From the human T2T-CHM13v2.0 reference genome, Homo sapiens: a stretch of DNA of 64,000 nucleotides. The notes beneath the pieces were generated by a model. That model searched no databases. It was not told where the DNA came from and saw only the letters and a program-made list of their open reading frames with translations. Location of the stretch: NCBI RefSeq assembly GCF_009914755.1, contig NC_060930.1; one strand, written 5' to 3'. Shown here in pieces: positions 13,966 through 27,308 of this stretch (within the stretch, counting starts at the first letter, position 1; each line of letters starts with the position of its first letter). Made by a program: the position numbers and the translations under genes.

Positions 13966-14979
13966 AAGACTCAGTTCTTTCTATATTGACAGAGGTCTTG
14001 ATATTTCCTTCCTCTGGTTTGAGTGTGTCCAGGTTGAGAGGAGACCAAGAAAGCATATGCCCCAGGCCTTACCAGTTGGTATGAAAAGTGACCCACATGT
14101 AAAAACCATCCTGGGCCACTTGGGGAAGGTTGCCTTCCTCTCCCTTCTTATAATCCTGTACATTTGCATACTTTACCAAGTTATAAAGTACATTCTCACT
14201 TTACCTCTCAGTAGACTTGTGAGGTGGAGGAGACAGAGATTCCAGATCCCTTTCACAAGGAAACAGAAGCCCAAAGTGGTTGAAGTTTGACTGTATTTAA
14301 TGAAGATGCTGGCTGTGGAGTCAGTCTTGATTCCAGTCCCTGTGGGGTTAGTCAGTACGTGTTGTTGAATGCCTGCCAAGGCCCCACACTGTGGCGATGG
14401 TGGGGCACAATAGAGAACGATATAGGTCTGGTTCCTGACCTAGTGGAGGATACAGCTAGTGGGAAAGTTATTGAATAGATTTTATGGATAATCACTGCTG
14501 AGAAAAACGCTTCAAACAAGGAGTATTGGGCACTGTGGAAGGCCTCATTATTTGGGGGGGATTCATGGAAGATTTAACTGAAAATGTAAGATACTATGTT
14601 GCCTTTTTATTAGTGCTACATTAAGTAAGAAATAATTATGAAACATTTTAACATTGTGTACTGAAATACTGTTTGTAATCCAAAATTGATAAAGATTATT
14701 CATACTAAAGAATTAAATAGGGTTAGATTTTTAAAGTTTTTGTTACTTTGATTTTTTAAATTATGTATCTTGAAAATGAATCTTAGTTTGGCCAGTTTAA
14801 TCTGAAGAATTAGGTAAAGAAAAAATTTAAATCTACCCTAAGTCAGATCAGATGATGCACTTCCTCTCTGGTTCCCTTAGACTGAGCTGCTGAAGATTCA
14901 GAGACAGCGTTATCCTTGGCTTTGGCAGGTGGCACGCGTCTCTTCACCCTAACTTGTTATTTTCAGAGGCAAGATGTCT

Positions 14980-15220
14980 TGGTGGTCAAGATCGTGGGTC
15001 AGGACTGAGATGGCATAGGGCCAAATCCTGGCCTTCCCACTTACCAGCTGTGTAAACTTGGACGAGTCCCTTACCCATTGGGTGCCTCAGTTTGCTGATT
15101 CGGAGAATGGAGATGATAGTAATAGTACCTCCTTAACGTTTTTGTGAAGGTTTAAATGAGTTCATTTGTGCAAAGTGTTGAGAATTGTGCCTCACACTTA
15201 GTAGGCGCTCAGTAAAGTTC
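14980..15220 (+). mobile_element. MIR
   Basis: aaatcctggccttcccacttaccagctgtgt...gcctcagtttgct...taggcgctcagtaaa. Confidence 0.75.
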
Positions 15221-15617
15221 TGCCGCTGCAGTTTTATGATCAGGGTGGTAAAGGGCCCTCTGAGTGCAGTGAGGCTGGAACCAGGAGAAAGAAATTGGTC
15301 TATGCCTGGGCCGAATCCAGGACTGTAGTAATGTTTATATTGCTAAACTATAGATTTCATGTTTTTATTTCTAAAGTATGACTATAAATCTCACTAATTG
15401 AAAGCAATTCTAATTCAGAAATAATGATAGCTTAGAGTGGGGTCAGAATTAAAGGTTAGCTTAAGAAAGTTGTAGGAAAAAGATTAATTTTACAATCATT
15501 CTTAGACATTTTATAAATATCAAATTTTATGCTTTTATTCTTGATGTATGTAGAACAAGCCCAATTTGAATTAATGAAAAGTATGATTAATTTATTTTTA
15601 TTTTTATTATTTTTTTT

Positions 15618-15917
15618 AACCAGGAGTGGTGGCACACGCCTGTAATCCCAAACACTTTAGGAGGCTTAGGCAGGAGGATTGCTTGAGCCCAGGAGTTTGA
15701 GACCAGCCAGGGCAAGATAGTGAGACCCTGTCTCTACAAAACATTTTAAAATTAGCTGGGCGTGGTGGCGTGCACCTGTAGTCGCAGCTAGTTGGGGGCT
15801 GAGGTGGGAGGATTATTGGAGCCTCGAGATCAAGGCTGCAGTGAGCCAAGATTGCGCCACTGCATTCTAGCCTGGGCAACAAAACGAGACCCTGTCTTAC
15901 CAAAAAAAAAAAAAAAA
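15618..15917 (+). mobile_element. Alu (AluJ-type)
   Basis: ggaggattgcttgagcccaggagtttgagaccagcc; A tail. Confidence 0.95.
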
Positions 15918-16142
15918 TTTTTTTGTTTCACCTTATGTAAAAGCTTGAACTGAGTGTTGGTACGTAGTAATTTTGGGTTACATTCCTTAATGAGTAGATG
16001 AAAATCTCATTAGTAGTACTAAGTATTAGTATACTAACTATATAATAATAAGTATTTCTAGTACTTTAAGGTACATAGATGGTTATTTAGGGTTTAATCA
16101 TTATTGCTTCTCAAATAGTTAAAACTAGCAAAAACCCTCTAA

Positions 16143-16472
<330 letters not shown>

Positions 16473-19400
16473 AATATGATGCTACTCTTCAAATTATTTG
16501 GCCTTGAATGGAAAACAGCGGTCATCTCTTTTGATCCCCTCACGTAGTGTTCTAGTGTGCCGTTTATTTTACTCCCCTTTATCCTGCTTAGATTGTAAGT
16601 TGGAGGTGTGAGTATCATCTTTTTTATAGGAGAGGGAACTCCTTGTCTAGCAGATTAATTGTAAACAGATCAAGCTGGCATATGGTAATCTGCTATCAAG
16701 AGATCTTTCCAGCCTTCTCTCCAGATACTCTCATTTTGATAACCTGTTGTTCAGGCAGACTGTACCATCATTCCCTAGGGATCACCCTCTCATCACTGTG
16801 CATCAAATATCACATTCATGCCTGTGCTTCTCCTTTGCTCTTATTTATTTGATTCAAAGCATAGCAGGGTCCTTCTTTGTCTAGCTTCCTCCCTTCTCAA
16901 CTCCTGCAGCACTTACATTATGATATACTAGCATTATTTAAAAATACTTGTCAATGATCTATTTTACAGGTAAGGAAATTGAGGCACAGATAAGTAGTTT
17001 ACCCAGGGGCGCAAACCTAATAAGTGCAGAAAACTGGTGCAGATATTGCTCTTATGGCTGTTCGGATTTGATGGAGGACAAATTGAATAGAGAGAGAGAC
17101 CATTTAAGAGGCTATTGTCATCATCTGGTAGATTGAGGCCTGAACCAGGTTGATAATAATAGGAGTGGACAGAAAAAGATGGACAGGAAAAATAATTAGA
17201 GAATACCAAAAGGATTTGGAAATTGGTCATGAGTGTCAAAGAGGGGGATGGTGGGGTCTGGGGGAAATACTCAAATTACAGTTTTTAATGGGGTATTGTG
17301 GTCAGGCTAGACCTCATTGAGAAGATTTTTTTTTCTTCATACATTTAGTTTTAAACCTCACATTTGTCCCCAGCAGAACATTTGGGAATCAATTAAAAGT
17401 GATTTCAGCTGGGAATAACCTGCAAGCTGTATAGTATCTCTTGTAAGAGATGTGGCACTAAGCGGTTTTCTTAGTGGTACAATAGAGATACTGTATACCA
17501 CATGAAATAACAATGTTCTGATACAGTCTTTGTTGCATATAGTTTCTCATCCATTCCTTCAGGACCTATGGACTGCGTACAATATGCTTGATACTGTGTG
17601 GGCTCTGGAGAAACTGCAAGTGACAAGGTCACCATGGTCTCTCTTCCCAGAGACCTTAGAGTTTAGTAAGGGAGATTTACCATCATCAAACAATTAATTA
17701 ATTAAAACTGTAACAGATCTTACAAAGGTGAAGCCCAAGGAACTTGAGAGCTGGAGAACCCAATCTAATCTTGGAATTCAAGGAAAGTGCCCCTGAGGAT
17801 TTAACATGTTAGCTGAGTATTTCAGGGTAAGCAACTTGCTTAAAGCAAACCAGCAATCAAGACTCTTTAACCCACACTATTGCCTTTCTTGTCTAAAGTT
17901 TTTATTTTACAGGCAAATACATTCAAAGGGTCAAGCTAAGGACATGGATGTGATGGAAAGAAGTGGTGTTGGGAGTCAGGAGACTTGCGTTCTGTTTACT
18001 GTCTGCTACTTTGTGCATACAAGCAATTTAGCCTGGAGAGAGAATTTACCTTCCTGTAAACCGGACCTCTAGGTCTGCTATGTCTGGACTTAGTCCAGCT
18101 GTGTTCTCTGGCAATTGTTTTTGTTATCCTCTGATCGCTGAATTCCAGACCAGCTCGACCAGAATTTCTTACAGCCACCATTCATGTGATTTCTCGGTTG
18201 GCCCATCTTCTCAGGTCTCAGTGATGCTTCTGTTACTCTGAGTAATATTAAAGCCTTCTACCTAACAGACATACCTTTCGTCTTTTCCCTGTGCTTCTTT
18301 GAGTTTTGTTTTTCGTTGATAGAGTAGTAAGCCACTGTAAAATTTATATTTTAATGTGTGGCTTCATCCTCTTCCTCAGTACTTGTGAGACACCTCTTTT
18401 CAAATTTTTCTTTCTCATTGCTGTAATTTATTAGGAGGTATCTTTTTTAGTTTTATCTTTAATGGACACATAATTGTACATATTTATGAAGTGCAGTGTT
18501 TTTGATACATTTATACAGTGCATAGTGATCAAATCAGGGTAGTTAGCATATTTGTGACCTCAACATTTATAATTTCTTTGTGGTGAGATTGTTCAAAATC
18601 TTCTCTTTTAGTTATTTTGAATTTAATAGATTATTGTTTATTCTAGTTACCATGCATACTGTGGAATGGAACACTAGAACTTATTCCTCTTATCTTACTG
18701 TAACTTTATACCTGTCAACTTTTTTCCCATCCCCTCCACCCCACTACCCTTCCTAGGCTCTCTTAATCACTATTCAACTTGCTACTTCTATGAGATCAAC
18801 TTCTTTAGGTTACACATATGAGTGAGATTATGTGATATTTGTCTTTCTGAGTCTGACTTATTTCACTTAAATAATGTCCTCCAGGCTCATCTATGTTGTC
18901 TCAAATGACATTGATTTCATTCTTTTTTTATGGCTGAATAGTACATTGTGTGAAATATACACATTTTCTTTATCCATTCATCTGTTGAGGGACACTTAGG
19001 TTGATTCCGTGTCTTGACTCTTGTGAATAATGCTGTGATAAACATGGGAGTGCAGATATATCTTTGATATGCTAATTTCATATCCTTTAGATATGTATCT
19101 GGTAGTGGGATTGCTGGATCATATGGTAGTTCCATTTTGAATTTTTTGAGGAACCGCCGTAGTTTTTCATAATGGCTGTACTCATTTAGATTCCCATCAG
19201 CAGTGTGTAAGAGGTTCCTTTTCTCTGCATCCTTGCCGGTATTTGTTGTTTTTTGTCTTTTTGATAATAGCTATAATAACTGGGGTGAGATGATATCTCA
19301 TTGTGGTTTTGATTTGCATTTCCCTTGTGATTGGTAATGCTGGGCATTTTTTTCGTGTACTTGTTAGCCATTTGTATGTCTTCTTTTGAGAAATGTCATT

Positions 19401-19600
19401 CAGATCAGATCTTATGTTCATTTTTAAAAATCAAATTTTTCTTTTTTGCTGTTGAGTTTTTTCTGTATTCTGGATATTAACAATCCCTTGTCAGATGCGT
19501 AGTTTGCAAATATTTTCTGTCATTTTGTAGGTCGTCTCTTTATTCTGTTGAGTCTTCCCTTTGTTGTGAAGAAGCTTTTAAGTTTGATAAAATCCCATCT

Positions 19601-19914
<314 letters not shown>

Positions 19915-20201
19915 TGTTTTTTGCTTTTGTTGCCTGTGTTTTTGAGGTCTTGTCCAAAGAAATCCTTGCCCAGACCAATGCCATGAAGCATTTCTCCTGT
20001 TTTCCTTTGGTAGTTGTATAGTTTCAGGTCTTACATTTAAGGCTTTAACCCATTTTGAGTCAATTTTTATATATGGTGAGAGATAGGGATCTCGTTTCAT
20101 TCTTCTGCATGTGGATATCCGGTTTTTCCAGCGCACCTAATGTGTGTTTTTGGCACCTTTGTTGAAAATCAGTTGGCTGTAAATGAGTGGATTTATTTCT
20201 G

Positions 20202-20337
20202 TTTTTTAAAAAAAATTTTTATTTCCGTAGGTTTTTGGGGAACAGGTGGTATTTGGTTACATAAGTTCTTCAGTGGTGATTTGTGAGATTTTGGTTCAAC
20301 CATCAACCAAGCAGTATACACTGAACCCAATTTGTAG
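20202..20337 (-). mobile_element. short L1 3' end nested in older L1
   Basis: ggtttttggggaacaggtggtatttggttac; perfect 18-bp TSD tgagtggatttatttctg at 20184-20201 and 20338-20355. Confidence 0.85.
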
Positions 20338-20699
20338 TGAGTGGATTTATTTCTGGGTTCTCTATTCTATTTCACTGGTCTATGTATCAGTTTCTATGCT
20401 AGTACCATACTGTTTTGGTTACTATTGCTTTGTAGTATGGTAATTTACATTTTCACTAACAGTGTATAATAATTTCCTTTTTTTTGTATCCTTTTGAAGT
20501 CAGGTAGTATGTTGCTTCCAGCTTTGTTCTTTTTCTTTAGCATTACTTTGGCTTTTTGGGGTCTTTTGTGGTTCTGTAAGAATTAGAGGATTGTTTTTTC
20601 TATTTCTATGAAGAATATCAGTGGTATTTTGACAGCAATTGCATTGAATCTATAGATTGCTTTGGGTAGTATAGACACTTTTAACAATTTTCTTTTCTC

Positions 20700-21003
20700 T
20701 TTTTTTTTTTTTTTTTTTTTGGAGACAGAGTCTTGCTCTGTCATTCAAGCCGGAGTTCAGTGGTACATTCTTGGATCACTGCAACCTTGGCCTCCCACGT
20801 TCAAGCAATTCTCTTGCCTCGGCCTCCAGAGTAGGTAGGATTACAGGCATGCACCGCTGCACCTGGCTAATTTTTGTATTTTTAGTAGAGATGGAGTTTC
20901 ACCATGTTGGCCAATCTGGTCTCGAAATCCTGACCTCAAGTGATCTGCCTGCTTCGACCTCCCAAAGTGCTGGGATTGCAAGTGTAAGCCACCATGCCTG
21001 GCC
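20700..21003 (-). mobile_element. Alu (AluS-type) inserted in L1
   Basis: poly-T plus reverse Alu dimer. Confidence 0.93.
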
Positions 21004-21230
21004 ACAATGTTAATTCTTCTAACCCATAAGCACAGTATATCTTTCCATTTATTTATATCCTCTTCAATTTTTTTCATCAGTGTTTTATAGTTTTCATTGT
21101 AGAGATTTTTTACCTATTTGGTTAAATTTATTCTTAGGCATTTTATTTTTTGTAGCTATTATAAATGGGATTGATTTTTAAAAATTTCTTTTTTAGGTAG
21201 TTCACCATTGGTGTATAGAAGTGCTACCGA

Positions 21231-21545
21231 TTTTTCTTTTTTTTTTTTTTTTAATTGAGACAGAGTCTCACTCTGTTGCCCAGGCTACTGTGCAGTGGTG
21301 CGATCTGGGCTCGCTACAAGCTCCGCCTCCTGGGTTCATGCCATTCTCCTGCCTCAGCCTCCCGAATAGCTGGGACCACAGGTATCCGCCACCACGCCCG
21401 GCTAATTTTTTTTTTTTTTGTATTTTTAGTGGAGACAGGGTTTCACTGCGCTAGCCAGGATGGTTTTGATCTCCTGACCCCGTGATCTGCCCGCCTCAGC
21501 CTCCCAAAGCGCTGGGACCACAGGCGCGAGCCACCATGCCCGGCC
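21231..21545 (-). mobile_element. AluY inserted in L1
   Basis: AluY-type aagctccgcc/ccattctcc/ggatgg; flanking repeat gaa(g/a)tgctac(c/t)gattttt. Confidence 0.93.
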
Positions 21546-22321
21546 GGGAAATGCTACTGATTTTTCTATGTTGAATTTGTATCCTGTAAGTTTATTGAGT
21601 TTATTTACTAGTTCTCATGGGTTTTTTATGGAGTCTTTAGGGTTTTCTATATGTAAAATTATGTCATCTACAAACAAGGACAATTTAGCTTCTGCTTTTC
21701 CAGTATGGATGCCCTTTATTCCTTTCTCTTGCCTAATCTCTCTGGGCAGGACTTTCTTGTCTTGTCTAGATCTTACGAAAAAAGCTTTCAACTTTTCTTC
21801 ATTCCATATGATGTTCATTGTGGGTTTGTCATAAGTGGCCTTTATTGTGCTGAGATAATGAGGCATCTCTTTTCTCAGCCTTATAGACTGCTCCTCAGAA
21901 CCAGAAATAGTGACAAGAAGAGAGACTACCATGGAGTATTCAGGCTGACCAGCACTTTTCAGACCATGGCAAGCCAATGGCATGGCGCGGCCTTGCTTGC
22001 CTGAACAGTGATGCTCATCCTGTGATGAATTTGCTTGTTTATTCTTAAGCATGGCAATGCCATGACTTGAACATGGGAGGGCCAGCACTCAGTGAAATAG
22101 ACCTGTAGTGGTGGGTGAGTCACTTCATCTCTCTGAGCCTTAGTGTCCATTTTGTATAATGAAAGTTAAAATATTTTGAGGAGATTAAATAAGATAATGT
22201 TTATAAAAGGGCTACAGCCGAATTTGTACTAAGGGTCCACAAATGTTCGTGAGTTTTAAAAATCTATTCCAGATTCAACTATAGATTTGACAGCTATATA
22301 TATATGATATATATATAATAT

Positions 22322-22442
22322 TAGTGAAAAACAAACACTATGGTCCTACTTTCACAAATAAGCTATTATATTTATGCTATTACTTTCATAAATAAGCGAT
22401 TATATTTATATAAACTAGGACCATAGTGTTTGTTTTTCACTA
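22322..22442. repeat. perfect 27-bp inverted repeat with 67-bp spacer containing a direct repeat
   Basis: tagtgaaaaacaaacactatggtccta (22322-22348) and its exact reverse complement (22416-22442). Confidence 0.95.
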
Positions 22443-22899
22443 CCTCATTTGACCATGCAAGGCAGAAAATAGTGTGAGGAAAATGTTAGCATAGATCCAA
22501 ATGTTTTACACTTTTAAATTTGAACTAAAATCTTTCATGTAGCATCTGATTATTGTGAGGTTGTTGGAGCAAGACATCCATTTTTTCTTTAATTCTCCCT
22601 TTTCCCTATCACCCACAATTTAGAAATATTAAGTATGTTTTGGCTCAGATTGAATGAGTCAGACTGGTGGAAGAAACAGCAAGAACCAGGAGAAATCTTT
22701 CTATTTTAGCCATTCTCAATGTTAATATGTCCAAAATAAATGAATTTTTGAAGTTAAATGCTGCAGACTAACCTTTTAAAGGCCTAAAAGCTATAATCTC
22801 AAGTTTTCTATCAAGAAAGGAATTTAAAATAGCAACTTTGGTCTTTTAAAAATCACAGTATTTAAAGGCCAGTAAATATGGGGGAAAATGTTCAGCTGC

Positions 22900-23550
22900 A
22901 ATAGTCATAAAAAGAATACAAAATAAAATGTTGCCATACTATTTTAGCAATACAATTGGCATTTTTTAAAATGTAAAAGAAAGAAAAGAGGAGGAGAGAT
23001 GTTGAATACGGCATCTTGTACAGGCTGATGAAAGTATAAGTGGGCATAAGTTGCTGCTCGCAAAAGCAATTTAACAATATTTTTCAAGCTCTGTAGAGAT
23101 GTTAATGCCTTTGACACAGTAATTCTACTTCTGGGAACATAGCCTAAGGAAATAATCAGGAATGCACATACATATAACATCAGGAACTTTGAAACAACCT
23201 AAATGCCCAACAATGGAGGATTGATTAAATGAAATATGAAAATATATACAATGTGCTTTTCTGCCATTAAGAACAGCAAACTACTTGGAGAAATAATGAT
23301 AAGAGAAAAAAGCTTGTAAAGTAATGTAAGGTGCAAAAAACAAATTATCATGAACTTAGTATTGTGAAATATAATCTATTTATACACATATTCTGTGTGT
23401 ATATGTGTGTGCACACGTGTGTGTGTGACAAGTAAAAAAAAAAATCACAATAAAAGATTACCTCTAGGTGATGAGAGTGTTGGTGGTGTTTATTTTCTTC
23501 TTTGTATATTTTACAAATATTTATGTTTGTAATCAGGAAAAAAATCGTAA
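22900..23550 (+). mobile_element. degenerate L1M 3' fragment
   Basis: gcctttgacacagtaattctacttctggg, gaaacaacctaaatgcccaacaatgg. Confidence 0.65.
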
Positions 23551-23694
23551 TTTAAAAGTGCACTACTTTGGAATACCTGGTACTGATACCACCACATGAA
23601 AATATAAGGAAAAGAAAGTCTAAAGGTAATTACAACAGAATGCCATCAGTGCTTTTGATAGAGTGATGGGACTTGATGGTGGTAGTGGCGGTTT

Positions 23695-23916
23695 TTGTTA
23701 TTTTATTATTTAAATGATTTGTTAAATAATTGTACATATGTATGGGTACATAGTGATGCTTTGATACATATAATGTACTGTGTAATTACAAGGTAATTAG
23801 CATACTCATCTAAAGCATTTATCATTTCTTTGTGTTAGGAACTTTCTATATCCTCCTTTCACCCATTTGAAACTATATATTATTGTTAACTGTAGTCATC
23901 TTACAGTGCTATACAA
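23695..23916 (-). mobile_element. L1M 3' end, split by MER1 (resumes 26673-26710)
   Basis: taattgtacatatgtatggg...ttacagtgctata; continuation aacactagaacttactcct after 26672. Confidence 0.75.
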
Positions 23917-26672
23917 CAGCAGTTCTCAACTTTTTTTGGCACCACGGACCGGTTTTGTGGAAGACAGTTGTATTAGTCCATTTTCACACTGCTGGTAAAG
24001 ACATATCCGAGACTGGGCAATTTAAGACAGAAGGGGGTTTAATTTGACTCACAGTTCCATCTGACTAGGGAGGCCTCACAATCATGGTGGAAGACAAGGG
24101 GGAGCAAGTCACATCTTATGTGGATGGTGGCAGGCAAAGAGAGCTTGTGCAGGGAAACTCCCCCTTATAATAACTATCAGATCTTGTGAGACTTACTTAC
24201 TGTCATGAGAACAGCTCAGAAAGACCTGCCCCCATGATTCAGTTACCTCCTACCGGGTCCCTCCCACAACACATGGGAATTCAAGATGAGATTTGGATGG
24301 GGACACAGCCAAACCATATCATTCTGCCCCTGGCCCCTCCCAAATCTCATGTCCTCACATTTCAAAACCAATCATGCCTTCCCAACAATCCCCCAAACTC
24401 TTAACTCATTTCAGCATTAACTCAAAAGTCCACAGTCCAAATCTTATCCAAGACAAGGCAAGTCCCTTCCATCTATGAGCCTGTAAAATCAAAAGCAAGT
24501 TAGTTACTTCCTAGATACAATGGCAGTGCAGGCATTGAATAAATACAGCCATTCCAAATGGGAGACATTGGCCAAAACAAAGGAGCTGCAGGCCCCATAC
24601 AAGTCTGAAATCCAGCAGGGCGGTCAAATCTTAAAGCTCCAAAATGATCTCCTTTGACTCCATGTCTCACATCCAGGTCATGCTGATGTAAGAGGTATGT
24701 TCCCACGGTCTTGGACAGCTCTGCCCCTGTGACTTTGCAGGGTATAACCCCTTACCTGGCTGCTTTCACGGGCTGGCCTTGACTGTCTGGTGGCTTTTCC
24801 AGGTGCACAGTGCTATCTGTTGGTGGATCTACCATTCTGGGGTCTGGAGAATAACGGCCCTCTTCTCGCAGTTCCACTAGGCACTGCCCCAGTAGGGATT
24901 CTGTGTGGGTGCTCCAACCCCTCATTTCCTTTCTGTACTGCCCTAGCAGAGGTTTCCCACGAGGGCCTTGCCCCTGAAGCAAACTTTTGCCTGGGCATCC
25001 AGGCATTTCCATACATCTTCTGAAATCTAGCCAGAGGTTCCCAAACCTCAATTCTTGATTTCTGTGTACCCGCAAGCTCAACACTATGTGGAAGCTGCCA
25101 AGGTTTGGGGCTTCCACCCTCTGAAGCAACAGCCCAAGCTATACTTTGGCCCCTTTTAGTCAGAGCTGGAGTGGCTGGGATGCAGGGCACCAGGTCCCTA
25201 GACTGCACACAACATGGGGACCCTGGACCGGGCCCAGGAAACAATTTTCTCCTAGGCCTCTGGGCCTGTGATAGGAGGGGCTGCCATGAAGACCTTTGAA
25301 CATGCCCTGGAGACATTTTTGTCATTGTCTCAGGGATTAACATTCAGCTTCTCGTTACTTATGCAAGTTTCTTCAGCCAGCTTGAATTTCTCCTCAGAAA
25401 ATGTTTTTTTTTCTATCATGTTGTCAGCCTGTAAATTTCCCAAATTTTATGCTCTGCTTCCCTTATAAACTGAATGCCTTTAACAGCACCCAAGTCACCT
25501 CTTGAATGTTTCGCTGCTTAGAAATTTCTTTCACCAGATACCTATATCATCTCTCTCAAGTTCAAAGTTCCACAAATCTCTAGGGTAGGGGCAAAATGCT
25601 GCCAGTCTCTTTGCTAAAACATAACAAGTCACCTTTGCTCCAGTTCCCAACAAGTTCCTCATCTCCCACCTCAGCCTGAACTTTATTATCCATATTGCTA
25701 TCAGGCTTTTGGTCAAAGCCATTCAACAAATCTCTAGGAAGTTCCAAACTTTCCCACGTTTTCCTGTCTTCTGAGCCCTCCAGACTGCTCCAGCCTCCGC
25801 CTGTGAACCGGTTCCAAAGTTGCTTCCACATTTTTGGGTATCTTTTCAGCAGCAACCCACTCTACTGGTACCAGTTTACTCTGTTAGTCTGTTTTCATGC
25901 TGCTGATAAAGACATACAAAAGAAAGAGGTTTAATGGACTTACAGTTCCACATGGCTAGGGAGGCCTCACAATCACAGTGGAAGGCAAGGAGGAGGGAGT
26001 CACATCTTATGTGGATGACGACAGGCAAAGAGAGCTTGTGCAGGAAAACTCCCCCTTATAATAACCATCAGGTCTCGTGAAACTTACTATCATGAGAACA
26101 GCACAGGAAAGACCTGCCCCCATGATTCAATTACCTCCTACTGGGTCCCTCCCACAACACATGGGAATTCAAGATGAGATTTGGGTGGGGACACAACCAA
26201 ATCATATGAGCAGTTTTTCCACAGACCAGTGTTGGGAATGGTTCTGGGACAAATGAAGCTCATTACATTTACTGTGCACTTTATTTCTATTATTATTACA
26301 TTGTAATATATAATGAAATAATTATACAACTCACCATAAGGTAGATTCAATGGGAGCCCTGAGCTTGTTTTCCTGCAACTGGACAGTCCCATCTGGGGGT
26401 GATGGGAAACAGATCATCAGGCATTAGATTCTCATAAGGAGCACACAACCTAGATCCCTCGCATGGGCAGTTGACAATAGGGCTCATGCTCTTATGAGAA
26501 TCTAATGTGGGCGCTGATCTGACAGTAGGTGGAGCTCAGGCAGTAATGCAAGTGATGGGGAGTGGCTGTAAATATGGATGAAGCTTTGCTCACCCGCCTG
26601 CCGCTCACCTCCTGCTGTGCATCCCGGTTCCTCACAGGTACTGGTTTGTAGCTCAGGGATTGGGGACCCCTG
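23917..26672. mobile_element. MER1A-like hAT-Charlie element (23917-23968 + 26210-26672) split by THE1
   Basis: termini cagcagttctcaac / attggggacccctg; degenerate 8-bp TSD ctatacaa / ccatagaa; ggaagacagt|ttttccacagacc is continuous across the THE1. Confidence 0.85.
23969..26209 (-). mobile_element. full-length THE1 (MaLR) element: LTR 23969-24321, internal region, LTR ~25880-26209
   Basis: two direct LTR copies (ggcctcacaatca...ggaattcaagatgagatttgg); polypurine tract on the minus strand next to the left LTR; 5-bp TSD acagt/gcagt. Confidence 0.92.
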
Positions 26673-26902
26673 CCATAGAACACTAGAACTTACTCCTATA
26701 GCTATAATTTTGTCAGAGATTTGATGTTTTTATTATTTTTCTTTAATGTGCTTCTGTTGAGAATATAACTTATATTAGGAAAGCAAATATAAATATATTA
26801 AAATACTTTATAAGTCTAGGTCATGTTTGAATGGAGGTAGGAATTTCCAGATATTCTCTTGTGAGTGTGATCCATCTTGAGAGTGATGAAAACTGTTAAT
26901 AA

Positions 26903-27019
<117 letters not shown>

Positions 27020-27308
27020 TAAGCTTTCTGCTTACTTTTCTGTCTATACTAGTAAGAGTATCTTTTTTGAGAGCCAAGCGGAGAACACAGTCAGGTTAAC
27101 CATCTTGGAGGTACCTAGATGGATCACTGTCTTTATCAAGGATGGTTGACTTTCACAGATATTTCTTTATAAATAGCCCTGTACAATGAAAGGCGTACTA
27201 TTCTATTGATAGAAACCTCAAAGTATGTTGTAGGGATAAGGTGCAGCACAGTGAAGTGTACAAAACAGGATGAGGAGTGCATTTCTGAATCAATGTGAAG
27301 AGTTGTAG

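Noticed and set aside
24752-25855. Long ORFs (up to 176 aa) inside THE1
   Set aside because: Broken remnants of the MaLR internal region, not an intact gene.
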